The notes below the pieces were generated by a model. That model saw only the letters and a program-made list of their open reading frames with translations. It was not told the DNA's origin and did no database searches. The position numbers and the translations under genes were made by a program. Positions 46,643 through 57,923 of a stretch of DNA of 64,000 nucleotides are shown one piece after another (position 1 is the stretch's first letter; each line of letters opens with the position of its first letter). The stretch is from Neophaeotheca triangularis (lineage: Eukaryota), in assembly GCA_054600435.1 (NCBI GenBank), contig BAAIJX010000012.1:372001-436000 (forward strand), in the 5' to 3' direction.

Positions 46643-48859
46643 ATGGCTCGCGGTGCACAGAGATTGCAAGGTGCCATCGACACTGAAGTCGAGATAGCCG
46701 TGCAGCGCTTCCTTAGCAACGGCGTGGAAGGCGACAGCGACGCATTGTACGCGGCGATCCAGAAATCAAACTCGTCTCTGAAAAGAAAACCCAAAAAAGT
46801 CATTCAACAGAGCATCGAGCGAGTGTTGGACTTCATCTCGGCGGAGAATCAATCTGAAGACTCCCAAGCTGCCATCGAGAAGGAATTAGGCCAACCCGCA
46901 CCAGACACCGCCGATGCCGTGAACCGGAGCTTGCGGAAAAATTTGGCGCCGCCAGGAACACCCAACACCACTGGAGAGGAGACCAATCCTGCCAAGAAAC
47001 GCAAAGTCAATGGGGAATCTCTGCCTAAGAGGCAAAAGACCGGGCAGCAAATCAAGATTGCGCCGCCTACCGACATTTCCATCAGAGACGTTGGGGGTGT
47101 TGACGATGTCATTGATCGAATGAAGGAGATGCTCGCTTGCCCTCTTTTGTGGCCAGAAAAGTACATTAAGATGGGTGTCAAGCCGCCGAGCGGTATTCTA
47201 CTTCATGGTCCTCCTGGTTGTGGCAAAACGTTGATTACTCGGGCGTGTGCAGCGACACTGAGGGTGCCTTTCATTGAGCTTCTGGGGCCGTCCGTAGTCA
47301 GTGGAATGAGTGGTGAGAGTGAGAAGGGTATTCGTGATCGCTTCGAAGAGGCCAAGAAGAACGCCCCGTGTCTGATTTTCATTGATGAGATCGATGCCAT
47401 AGCACAAAAGCGAGACACGGCACAGAGTCAGATGGAAAGACGTATCGTCGCACAGCTGCTCGTCAGCATGGACGAATTAGAAAGCGACCCTACAAAACCA
47501 GTCATCGTGATCGCGGCCACCAATCGACCAGACAGCCTGGACCCAGCTCTAAGACGAGGTGGACGATTCGACACGGAGATCAATCTTGGCGTACCGAACG
47601 AGCATGTCAGGGAGTTGATCCTCAAGACTCAGACGAGGAACGTTAACCTCACCGAAGATGTTGATTTCAAACAATTGGCGAAAATGACCGCCGGCTTCGT
47701 AGGCGCCGATCTAAAAGATCTCGTAGGCAAAGCCGGGTCGTGGCAAATGTCACGCTTCCGCGAAACCCTCGAAGCCGAAGCCCAGCAACTAGAAGAAACA
47801 CGGCAACCGCAACAACCCCCCGAACAAGAACCCGACACCATGGACCTTGACATCGCCGCCACCACCCCTTCCGAAACCCCCACCCGCGGCTCCGCCAGCG
47901 CCGAAGCCTTCCTCCGCCTCGTCGACCGCAGCTACCGCCAAAACGAACTCCCCGACCCACCCGGCTTCGAAAACGACGCCATAACCATGGCCGCCTTCCT
48001 GGCCGCCTTCCCCTCAATCATCCCCAGCAGCAAACGCGAGGGCTTCGCAACGGTCCCTAACGTCTCCTGGGCTGACATTGGCGCCCTACGCAGCGTGCGC
48101 GAAGAGCTCCAAACCGCCATCGTCGAGCCCATCAAAAACCCCGCTCTCTACGCCACAATCGGCATCGACGCGCCCACGGGTGTGCTCCTCTGGGGCCCCC
48201 CAGGTTGCGGTAAAACTCTCCTAGCCAAAGCCGTCGCGGCCGAGAGCAAAGCAAACTTCATCTCCATCAAAGGCCCCGAACTCCTCAACAAATACGTCGG
48301 CGAATCGGAACGCGCAGTGCGCCAAGTCTTCAACCGCGCCCGCTCATCAGTCCCCTGCGTCATCTTCTTCGACGAGCTCGACGCCCTAGTACCACGCCGC
48401 GACGACTCTCTATCCGAAGCCTCCGCACGGGTTGTCAACACGCTGCTCACCGAACTCGACGGCCTCGACACTCGCGCAGGCATCTACGTCATAGGCGCCA
48501 CCAACCGCCCGGACATGATCGACGAAGCCATGATGCGACCGGGCCGGCTGGAAACACCGCTCTTCGTCGACCTGCCGGGACCCGAAGAGCGCGTGGAGAT
48601 CTTGAAGACGGTGATGCGTAGTAAGCCTGTGGAGGAGCCCGAGGGGGTTCTGGAGTTGATGCGCCGTGACGCTTGTCATGGGTACAGTGGTGCGGATATT
48701 GAGAGTTTGATGCGCAAGGCTGGGCAGGCTGCGCTCAAGAGGAGGGATACGGTTATGAGGGTGAGGGATTTTGAGGTCGCTGTGGGCGCGATCAAGGGCA
48801 GTGTGGGGAGTATGGAGAGGTATCGGAAGTTGAGGGCGAGGTTTGAGCAGAAGTCTTGA
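46643..48859 (+). CDS. RIX7: Ribosome biogenesis AAA ATPase Rix7/NVL
   Basis: Two AAA modules (GPPGCGKT twice), VSGMSGESE, PSSKREGFATVP.V.W.DIGAL and GPELLNKYVGESERAVRQVF. Confidence 0.95.
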   Translation: MARGAQRLQGAIDTEVEIAVQRFLSNGVEGDSDALYAAIQKSNSSLKRKPKKVIQQSIERVLDFISAENQSEDSQAAIEKELGQPAPDTADAVNRSLRKNLAPPGTPNTTGEETNPAKKRKVNGESLPKRQKTGQQIKIAPPTDISIRDVGGVDDVIDRMKEMLACPLLWPEKYIKMGVKPPSGILLHGPPGCGKTLITRACAATLRVPFIELLGPSVVSGMSGESEKGIRDRFEEAKKNAPCLIFIDEIDAIAQKRDTAQSQMERRIVAQLLVSMDELESDPTKPVIVIAATNRPDSLDPALRRGGRFDTEINLGVPNEHVRELILKTQTRNVNLTEDVDFKQLAKMTAGFVGADLKDLVGKAGSWQMSRFRETLEAEAQQLEETRQPQQPPEQEPDTMDLDIAATTPSETPTRGSASAEAFLRLVDRSYRQNELPDPPGFENDAITMAAFLAAFPSIIPSSKREGFATVPNVSWADIGALRSVREELQTAIVEPIKNPALYATIGIDAPTGVLLWGPPGCGKTLLAKAVAAESKANFISIKGPELLNKYVGESERAVRQVFNRARSSVPCVIFFDELDALVPRRDDSLSEASARVVNTLLTELDGLDTRAGIYVIGATNRPDMIDEAMMRPGRLETPLFVDLPGPEERVEILKTVMRSKPVEEPEGVLELMRRDACHGYSGADIESLMRKAGQAALKRRDTVMRVRDFEVAVGAIKGSVGSMERYRKLRARFEQKS

Positions 48860-49080
48860 GAGGCAGGGGTCATATGTTGGTACAGACTCAAGTTTTGTAT
48901 CAAAGCTGTTTGAATGCAGTGATGAAGTTCTACCTGTCTCTTCCACGATCAAAAACCGCTCTTAGCCATCTTGCAGCTGTAGAGCCCACTTTGTCATCTT
49001 CCACCAAACCCACTCGTTCTCAATCCTCTATCCCCCGCATCCAACACCCAACCCATACTCCACCCACCCAACCATCCTTC

Positions 49081-51153
49081 TTACCCCCTAACCCGATAAT
49101 GATCCCCCCCAAACTCCAGCAACCACCCCTTCTCCACCTTCGTAACATCCCTAACCGTATTCCTCCCCTCCCTATCCTCGACAACCCCAAAAACAACCCA
49201 ATCCACCCCGGTAGAGCGATTAAACATCAAACTCGAAGGATGCGTGTGCAAGACCGTCGCGCCGTCCACAGACCTAAAGCTGCCATCAGGTGCCAATTTG
49301 GCGGCGTGAGCGAAGTAGCCCGCGCAGAGGGCGCGGCGGATGGCTTCCTCTTTGGGCATCGTCTGAGAGGCGGGAGGGGTGTCGGAGGTGATGTTGTAGT
49401 TTTGAAGCTGGTGGTAGAGTTGGTTGCGGATGTTGGTCGCGGACGTGAGGGCGTTGTAGTTGAGGTTGTGCTTGTGGCACCAGGTTTTGTCCTTTTTGCC
49501 GACGGTTGCGAAGGCTTGGTAGACGTTTAGCATGGTTAGGTGGTCGCCTTCGTCGGCGGCGAATTTGCGGCGGGACATTTCGGAGTTTTTGTGGCTCGTG
49601 CTGGTGTCGATCCAGAGCGGCGTGGTTACTGAGGTCATGGCGGCGATTGTGAGGATTTCGGGGAGGCAGGAGAGGGTGGGGGCTGTTAGGAGGGTTGTGG
49701 AGAGTTGGGGGTCCAGGGCTAGCTCGGCCATGCGGGTGCCCAAAGGCATGGTGAGTTTGGCGTAGGTGTCGAGAGCGCCAAGGGAGTAGAGGTGTTCGAG
49801 GGCGCGGATGATCAGGGGGGAGGGTGGGGGCGTGGGGAAGTTGAAGCGGGCGATGTTGTCGAAGCCTAGGGCTTTGAGTTGGAGGATTGTAGAGGCGAGG
49901 TTGCTGCGTTGGATTTCGGGGATTGTGGCTGCAGCGAGGGAGTTGTAGACGTTTTCGGGATACAGGCGGTAGCACTTGCCGGGTTTGGTTCGGCCGGCGC
50001 GGCCTGCTCGTTGCGTCGCTGAGGCTTTGGAGATGGCGGTTGTTGTGAGGGTTTCGATGCCGGTTTGGGGGTTGTAGGCGCGTAGTTTGACGAAGCCTGG
50101 ATCAATGACATAGACGATGTCGGGAATGGTCACTGACGCTTCTGCGATGTTGGTCGAGCAGATCACTTTGCGTGTTCCCTCGTGTGCCGACTCGAAGACG
50201 TATTCTTGCTCATCTCTGCTCAGGCCCGCATAGAGTGGGAGTGGCTGTAGTCTGTCGGATTGCTTGGGTAGGTTGTAGAGTCCATCGTGTATCTTTTGAA
50301 TGCAGGTATCGATCTCCTTCCGGCCAGACAGAAAGACCAAGACATCCCCACTGGGCTCCGAGGCATGTATGTCGAAGACAGTCTTGACTGCTCGATCAAC
50401 GTAGCTTTCACATGGCTCGGTGAGATAGTGTATGTCGACCGGGAAAGCACGCCCTTCAACGCTGACGATTCTGCCGCTGCCTGTGGGCTGATCGACCTCT
50501 GTCTCCGGCGCACCAGCTCGAGGCTGCTCTTCTCCAGTAAAGAACTTGAGAAAGTCCTCAGCTTGAAGGGTGGCCGAACTGACAATGATCCTAAGCTCCG
50601 GCCTCTGAACGCGAATCTGTTTCAAAACACCCAACAGCACGTCCGTACTCAGGCTTCGTTCGTGCGCTTCATCAACCATGATGACGCTATATCTCTCGAG
50701 ACGTGGGTCGGCAAGCACCTCTCTGAGAAGCAAGCCATCCGTAAGGAATTTGATCTTTGTTGAAGCAGAAGTCTTATCGTCGAAGCGAATGCCATAGCCC
50801 ACTCGTCCTCCAAGTTCACTGCCCAGCTCGTTCGCTACTCGTTGAGCGACTGATGTTGCGGCGATTTGGCGCGGCTGGATGTTGACTGTGAGAAGCTGTC
50901 AACTGATATCGTATGGCTAAGGGGGTTGCAGTGTACTTGCTTGTGTGACTGCAATGATCTTGCCATCGTTGCACCAACCGGCGGCTTCGAGGTACTGTGG
51001 CAGCTGAGTTGTTTTGCCGCTACCGGTCTGGCCTACGACTATGGTGACGGGGTACTTCTCAACGGTGTAGCAGAGCGCATCTTTGTGGCGCGCAATGGGT
51101 AGCAGTGCAGGCGGATTGTACAACGCCCCTATGTGCTCGCTGAAGTTGTCCAT
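49081..51153 (-). CDS. DEAH-box RNA helicase, DHX35-like
   Basis: Motifs GQTGSGKTTQLPQY, VTQ|PR across intron 50875-50940, DEAH, SAT, TNIAEASVTI and QRAGRAGR. The very short N-terminus is typical of DHX35. Confidence 0.9.
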
Positions 51154-51505
51154 AGTTGATTAGATGGGGCCAACGAGTAGCAGTGACCGAGCATGTGGAT
51201 TTTCGCCTCGAATTCCCCAAAGTCACGAAGGCGATGATCGACTCCGCAGAATACTGCACGAGTTCTCCAATCTCACTACAGCTTACGCCTAGAAAGGGAG
51301 AAAGCGGGAGAATGTCAAGTCGAATGTTCGCTGTAGAAGCGAGCGCGACCCAAGTGAAGTGAAGTATCTCGTCCTTATACTTAGCGCGCACGTGCCGTAC
51401 TGCATTCAGTGCCTAAATTTCGCCAACGACTGCAGCGTGAGAGATTCCGAGAGTCTTCCAGCACGATAAAAGCCTGAGCAAGCACAGTATCAAGTATCAA
51501 GTGCA

Positions 51506-52695
51506 ATGGCCTTCTGGTTGTACGCTGCTACCGCAGCACTCACGCTCATTGTTGCTTTGGTAGCTGCCGATATCACGGGAGTTTTTAACAGCAAGAACCA
51601 TTTCGACGTCGACGGCAAGGTAGGAGGATGAAAGGCGGACAAACAATCAAACGAAAAGCGCACATCGCTGACTACACGACATGCAGACGGTGCTCATAAC
51701 CGGCGGATCGCAAGGCATGGGTCGCGGCGTCGCAAAACTCCTCTCCTCCAAAGGCGCCAACATAGTAATCGTCGCTCGAGACGAAACCAAGCTCGCCTCC
51801 GCCCTTAAGGAAATAAAAGTACATCCAACCCACCCACATCCCCCAAAACATTACACCCCCTACTGACCCTGCCCTCCTTCCCTCACAGTCCGCAGCCAAA
51901 AACCCCTCCCACCAACGCTTCCACACAATCTCCGCCGACCTAACGCAAGAACCCGAGACCCAGCGCATCCTGCACGAAACCACCCACTGGAACTCCAACA
52001 CCCCGCCCCAAGTAATCTGGACAATCGCCGGCGTCGCCTGGCCTCAACTCTTCGCCTCGACCCCGACATCCACACTCCACCAAATGATGGACCTCAACTA
52101 CTGGGCCCCCGTCTACCTCGCGCAAGCCGCGATGAAAGCATGGCTAGCCCTGGACCCCGCGACCGCGGAGCCCAAACACTTCATCCTAACCTCTTCGACG
52201 GCCTGCTTCGTGAGCGTCGCGGGATACGCGGGATACGCTCCCACGAAAGCGGCCGTGCGGTCGCTAGCGGACGCCTTGCGTTCGGAAACGAACCTGTACC
52301 GCGGCGCGCTGGCGAGCGGCAAGCCCGGCGCGGATATCCGGGTCCGTTGCGTTGTGCCGGGGACTATTGACTCGCCTGGGCTGGCTAATGAGAACAGGGA
52401 GAAGCACGCGATTACGAAGATTCTGGAGAAGGACGATCCCGTGCAGTCGGAGGATGAGGTTGCGGCGAAAGCGGTGCAGGGGTTGGAGAGGGGTGGGTAT
52501 ATGGTTACGACGCAGTGGTTTGGGATGCTGATGAAGGGGAGTATGGGGGGTGGGAGCCCGAGGGATAGTTGGGTGGTGGAGACGGTGGTTGCGTGGGTCA
52601 CGGCTGTTGCTTGGTTGTTTATAGCGCCGGATATGGAGAGGACGGTTTTCAAGTATGGTAAGGAGCATGGGATTGCTTCTGTGGAGTCGGGTTAG
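51506..52695 (+). CDS. TSC10: 3-ketodihydrosphingosine reductase (SDR)
   Basis: N-terminal hydrophobic segment, [20 protein letters not shown] and the YAPTK (YxxxK) active site. Introns 51620-51686 and ~51819-51888. Confidence 0.85.
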
Positions 52696-52845
52696 GGGGT
52701 TGACAGGGTGGTCGCTTGTCGAAGTTTTCCGCAGAGCGCTCCTTTTAATGCGATTTTCGTGGCTCCAACGTAGAAACACAAAACAACGCCATAAAGCAGG
52801 TAATTCAATCACTCTCCTATCATCTTTACCGATCTTAAAAACCAC

Positions 52846-52960
52846 TCTTAAACAACCCCCTCTTAAACAACCCCCTCTTAAACAACCCCCTCTTAAACAA
52901 ACGCTCTCGAACAACCCCCTCTCAAACAACCCCCTCTTAAACAACCCCTCTGAAATAACC
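52846..52960. repeat. 15-bp minisatellite TCTTAAACAACCCCC, about 7 copies with variants
   Basis: Read directly from the sequence. Variants include TCTCGAACAACCCCC and TCTCAAACAACCCCC. Confidence 0.9.
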
Positions 52961-53509
52961 TGCTTTCAACAACCTTGGAACCTTGCGATGTTGTTAGACT
53001 AAAGCGACCTATCTATATACCACCTTATCCACCCCCTTAGCGAGCCTAGAAAGGGGAGCAGCGATTAGAAAGAGAAGCGTATAATCCGATAGGAGCGTAA
53101 TGGAATCAGTTACAATAAAAGAGGTAAGCTTAGACTTTGCCAGATGGGCTAGAATAAAAGTAAACGATCCAGATAAAAATAAAATAAAAACAACTACTAC
53201 ACGACGCGACGCAACGGGAGGCCGTGGATTAGGAAGAAGAGCGAATAGATCTAGGATGAAAAGGGGTATCGTAAAACCGTCCCTTTCCCTCTTCCATTTC
53301 GTAAATAAACCGACTTTTACAACTCGACCGCTAAAAAACCGTAGAAAGGACGGGAGGAAGGGGTATCCACGAAAAATTTTGCCACCGTGACCCCGGAATA
53401 CACTCGCTTTTGCTCTTCGTTCATCCATCGTAATGAGACTTTTGTACCGTGCCGCCGGCAACAGAAGTAGGGTGAGCCATCCTCCTAGCGCACCGGTTGA
53501 CTGACTGGG

Positions 53510-56275
53510 TTACCCCATACCGCCGCTCCCATTGACGGCAGTAACCAGTGGCATCAAGTCCGGCAGACCAGGCTGGGCCAAGTTCGCGTCGCCTTGGCCC
53601 TTCCCCGGCACCTCGCCCTTCTTCCTCTTACCCTTGCCCTTGGCAACGCCCCGTGCGACACCACCACTACCACCCGCATCGCCTCCTCTAACTCCGCCCG
53701 TAGCAGTGGTAGCATCACTCCGCCTCCTCGGCGCTTTATGGCACTCCACCCACCTAACCCAAGCCGGGGTCCTCGTATCATCGCCCAACATGCTCACGAC
53801 TTCGGCGTCCTCGGCGTGCACGCGCTTGCAATGCGTCCGCAAACCTTCCGCCCGCGTGTCCCTGTATTCGCACCCCTCCTTGGGGCAGGGCATACTATTC
53901 CCCGCGTTGTGGACGTCCCGGTGGTGTTTGGTGCGGTTACTGCTATCGGCGAACTCACTAACACAACCCTCGAATTTGCATTTGAAGGGTTTGGCTTTTT
54001 GGTGTTGGGAGCGGATGTGCGTGGAGAGACCGGTTTTAGTCGCAAAGGCGGTGATTTTGGAGGTGCAGTCCGGGTAGGGGCAGAGGAAGGGACGGGCGCC
54101 CGTGTGGGTTTTGAGGTGGTTGTCGAGTTGAGATTTGGTGATGAAGGCGTCTGGGCAGTATTGGCAGGCGAACTTTTTGTAGCCTGCGTGGCTGCAGAAG
54201 TGGACTTCGAGTTTGACGCCGTCGCGGAAGGTCGTTTCTTCCGTGTTGGTGCTGCCGCCGCGCCCGCAGTTGTTCCACCGGCATACTATACCGCCTGTGT
54301 CGTCGCGGGCTTTGCCACGGGCTGTGTGGGCTTCGAAGATGTGATCGCGAAGTTCTTTGGGAGTGGAGAATGGTTGGCTGCAAATGCAGCCATCGAGGGC
54401 CCAACGGCAGATGTGTTGGTCGGTGGCTTCGTCGTAGGCGATGTCACCATCGACACCTTTGCGTTTTTGGCGCGAGGGCAAGGGAGTCCGTCGGGCGGCT
54501 TCGTTGGAGAGGCTGGTGAGGGGGTCGTTGTCGGAGAAGATGTCGCTGCCGCCGTCGTGGATGCTAGGGGTAGTCGAGTTGAATTGCGACGACATGCCGT
54601 GGGCTTGTGCTGCTAGTGTGTCGTAGACGTGGCTTCCGAATAGGTCGTTGATGTCACAGTGTCCGTGAGAGGCATGGCAGTGATGTGCGTTGTCATGCTT
54701 GTGTTTCTTTGTACAATGCTGTGATGTTCCCCAGTCGTGTTGGCCGTACTGGCCATGAGCCATGCCATGCATGTGGTGGTGTCCGTTGGCTTGAAATGTC
54801 GGCATCGCAGGCCACTTGGGGGCCATAACGTGGTCGAAGCTGCAGTCGCCGTGGCTCTGAGAGTCATGATGGAAGTCGTTGGGAAAGTGGAAATTGCAGT
54901 CATCCCAGCAATGTGCCGTCTGGCCTGGTTGAGTGTCGGAGCAGACTGCTGTAGGTGGGCAGTGTGTCTGCTGCCATTGATGAGGTTGTTGTGTGGTAGC
55001 ATGGTGAATGTGACCAGCCGATGGATGATGCCCCGGTGGGCACTGGGGGCAGATCTGCTCAAGATTGCAAGTCGTGCAAGGGGGACAAGGTGGCTCAGGA
55101 CAATCTGGTGTCGTACAGACTTGACCTTCACACTGTTGCGGTTGGTTGCAAGCCTCCTCGATACAGTCAAAGTCTAGGCACGGGTCCACGCAAGGCAACT
55201 GCTGTTCGCAGTCTGGCGTCGTGCACAATGGCAGCTCGCAGTGAGTCTCGTGGCAGGCCGCGCCAGCTGCCGCCAGCTGTTCCACACAAGAAAGACCGTC
55301 GCATCCCGTGTCGCATCCCGTGTCGCATGGCCCTACCGGTGTGTTGCAAAGAGGATAGGGCTGTCCGATATGGTTTTGTGGGAAATACCCTTGACTGAAG
55401 GGCGAACAATTTTGTGAAGATTGTATGTGCTGGTCGTGACAGGTGGGTAGGACGGTATCATCCGGGCAGCAGCTAGATTTTGCAGCGCCGAGGTGTACAG
55501 GCTGGTAGCACGATGTATTCGGCTGTGAGGAAGGGAGTTGTTGATTTTGCAGATTGTGGCTGCCGTTCAGATTGCTTGGCCGATGGGTGGTGACGGATGA
55601 GGGTCTAGAACTGAGTGCAGAAGACGGGTAGGTCGGGGTGAAGTAGCCGGACGAGCTCGTACTCGAGTGTACTTCTGAGCCGTTCAGAGCCTGTGCCTGT
55701 GCCGGGAAGGCATTGCTTGAGGCATGGGCATGATGAGGCTGAGTGAAGTGGTCGCTGGGACGCTCATTCTGCGGTATCCAGCCATCGGCTCTGAGACTCT
55801 CCTCCAAGCTCCGACGGAGATGGCTCTCCTGAAGATGATCGTGGTAGGACATGTTGGAAGGGTCCAGAGGGTCTAAGCGTGAAAGGTCACCAAACGGCTT
55901 GTCATACCATGATGGTGCTGTTTTGAGACGTTTTCGAGCTGGAGGGGTAGGGGCAGGCTCAGGCTCGGGGTCGCCGGCGTCAGGAGGGTCGGGGTCGGGG
56001 TCGGGGTTGGTGTCGGGGTCAAGGTCGAGGTCGAGGTCGAGGTCGGGGTTTGAAGAATCTTTGTTGTCGTCGGCCTGGCAGCGGAGAGAGCTGGAGGAGG
56101 AAAAGGTCAAGAGCAGGGTGGCATCGGCGGAGATGGCAGTAGTAACGTTATCGTTATTACCACTAACGTTATTAGTGGTGGGCGAGTCACGGTCCTTCAA
56201 GTCCATGCCCATCTTGCACGCAAAACCAGAGGGGGGTATCACTGCCATGACCTGCACTACTGGGTCCTCGCCCAT
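53510..56275 (-). CDS. C2H2 zinc-finger transcription factor, Zap1/ZafA-like; start codon uncertain (ATG 56275 to 55852)
   Basis: Six C-terminal C2H2 fingers, the first two of the tandem CWCH2 type (CRWALDGCIC, CRWNNC). Also HTGARPF, FADSSNRTKH and an upstream Cys/His-rich region. Confidence 0.85.
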   Translation of the reverse strand: MGEDPVVQVMAVIPPSGFACKMGMDLKDRDSPTTNNVSGNNDNVTTAISADATLLLTFSSSSSLRCQADDNKDSSNPDLDLDLDLDPDTNPDPDPDPPDAGDPEPEPAPTPPARKRLKTAPSWYDKPFGDLSRLDPLDPSNMSYHDHLQESHLRRSLEESLRADGWIPQNERPSDHFTQPHHAHASSNAFPAQAQALNGSEVHSSTSSSGYFTPTYPSSALSSRPSSVTTHRPSNLNGSHNLQNQQLPSSQPNTSCYQPVHLGAAKSSCCPDDTVLPTCHDQHIQSSQNCSPFSQGYFPQNHIGQPYPLCNTPVGPCDTGCDTGCDGLSCVEQLAAAGAACHETHCELPLCTTPDCEQQLPCVDPCLDFDCIEEACNQPQQCEGQVCTTPDCPEPPCPPCTTCNLEQICPQCPPGHHPSAGHIHHATTQQPHQWQQTHCPPTAVCSDTQPGQTAHCWDDCNFHFPNDFHHDSQSHGDCSFDHVMAPKWPAMPTFQANGHHHMHGMAHGQYGQHDWGTSQHCTKKHKHDNAHHCHASHGHCDINDLFGSHVYDTLAAQAHGMSSQFNSTTPSIHDGGSDIFSDNDPLTSLSNEAARRTPLPSRQKRKGVDGDIAYDEATDQHICRWALDGCICSQPFSTPKELRDHIFEAHTARGKARDDTGGIVCRWNNCGRGGSTNTEETTFRDGVKLEVHFCSHAGYKKFACQYCPDAFITKSQLDNHLKTHTGARPFLCPYPDCTSKITAFATKTGLSTHIRSQHQKAKPFKCKFEGCVSEFADSSNRTKHHRDVHNAGNSMPCPKEGCEYRDTRAEGLRTHCKRVHAEDAEVVSMLGDDTRTPAWVRWVECHKAPRRRSDATTATGGVRGGDAGGSGGVARGVAKGKGKRKKGEVPGKGQGDANLAQPGLPDLMPLVTAVNGSGGMG

Positions 56276-56986
56276 CAAGGTGTTTTTTCGCTGGCAGCAA
56301 ATCAGAAGGAAACGTTTAATCGCATTCCGTCACTTCTTTTTACACCCATGGAAGTCAATGCCACTACCTATCACGTCACGCAATTCTTTCTTTCTTTCTT
56401 GAGGTTCTTTCTCTTCTTTTTTCGGTGGTGGTGTAGGTAGTGCTTCCAAGCCATCACGTGAGTAAGTAGCAGGAGCAGGTGTAGTGAAAACCGACAGAGA
56501 CTGAATTCCTGAATGCCTGAATGCCTGAGCTTACATAAAACCGAATGTCAATGGCAGTACCTACCTTAGGTAAGGTCACTACTTAAGTTGCAGTTGCTCG
56601 AGCTTGCCCCACGTTCAACGACGAACCCTGCCTTGCCTGCCCACAGCCGGCCCGCGCTTGGCCCAGAATCCAAGCAATTGGCGAGGATGCCCATGTGACC
56701 GACTTCGACTCTACTGTCCCTCTTAGTAGCACCTCCACACCGTTCATGTAGATGGATAGATAGATTAGATCCACAAGCATCGAAGAAAGCCACACCTTAC
56801 TCAGTACTCACACAGCCACTCGGTCGTAGCGGTAGCAGCCCTGTCCAACCCATCACCATCACCGACAGTAGCACCTCCATCCATCCATCCATCCATCCAA
56901 TCAAACAACCATATCCAAACACACACCCCAGCAACCTCCCCCATAACCACCACTCCAGCTCCCCTACAAGCACAACAACAACAACA

Positions 56987-57518
56987 ATGGGCAACTGCTG
57001 CTCCAGCAGCAGCGACGACAACTTCAAAACCCCCGGCCGCACCCTCGACGGCCCGCCAGCGCAAAGAACAAACGCCCCTGTCCCCACCTCAGCGACCAAA
57101 AAAGCCACAACCACCCCCCCTCAACCCCCAGCCCCCGCCCCCTCCAAACCAAAGACCACAGACAAAGGCCGCACCCTGGGCGACAACAACCCAACCCAGA
57201 CCAACACCAGCGGCGCAGGGACTACGGACCAACGCGCCAGCCCCAAAGAAGCCGCCGCCCGGGCAGCAGAAGTAAGCAGCTCCCCCCCCCCCCACCGCCA
57301 GCAGGAAGGAAGCATCCACGCTAACGCAAGCGGCTCGTCCGCGAGCGCAGGAACGCGCCGCTCGCGCTCAGAATTCGCAGCAGAAGGGGAAACTCGGCAA
57401 GCGGCTGGAGGCGCAGCGGGCGAGGACGCAGGCGGGGACGCTGGCGCAGGGGGCGAGGGAGAATCTGGCGCATAGGGAGGTTGATGGGAATGATAAGGGG
57501 GTTAGGGAGTGGGATTGA
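56987..57518 (+). CDS. Small acylated SVIP-like protein (putative Cdc48/p97 adaptor)
   Basis: MGNCCS N-terminus, two GRTL(D/G) motifs, and intron 57272-57350 (gtaagc...gctaac...cag) giving PKEAAARAAE|ERAAR...KGKLGKRLEAQR. Stop TGA at 57516-57518. Confidence 0.8.
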
Positions 57519-57923
57519 GAGGGTCTCGGGGGGGGGAAAAAGGTGGGAATTGGGGTGGTTTGGCTGGAGGGGTGGGGAGGGGAGGAGGGATGTGGAGAGG
57601 GATAGCTGGAGGCGTGGCTACGGGAGGGAGGTGTGGGAGGTTTTGAGATGGTTGTTTGGAACGAATGATTGATACCCGCGCCGCGAGAGGGCTGCTGTGA
57701 GACTAGTGAACTGAGGTGGATCATGAGTGCTCTGTTATTAAGGATCGCTTTAGCAAGGCGTTGAGAGGTGTGCATCTCTTTGATTCGGAGAGATACAGTA
57801 TGCGACACAGGTCTTTTTACACGAATTCCGCATCCACCCGCACTCCTTGGCCTTGATCCTCAAGCCGAATCAAAACCAACCCCGTTCCCCCTTTAGCCCT
57901 CTTCAAAAAGTAAAGCATCCATC

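Noticed and set aside
52846..52960. CRISPR-like repeat array
   Set aside because: The units are head-to-tail with no unique spacers, in a eukaryotic context. It is a minisatellite.
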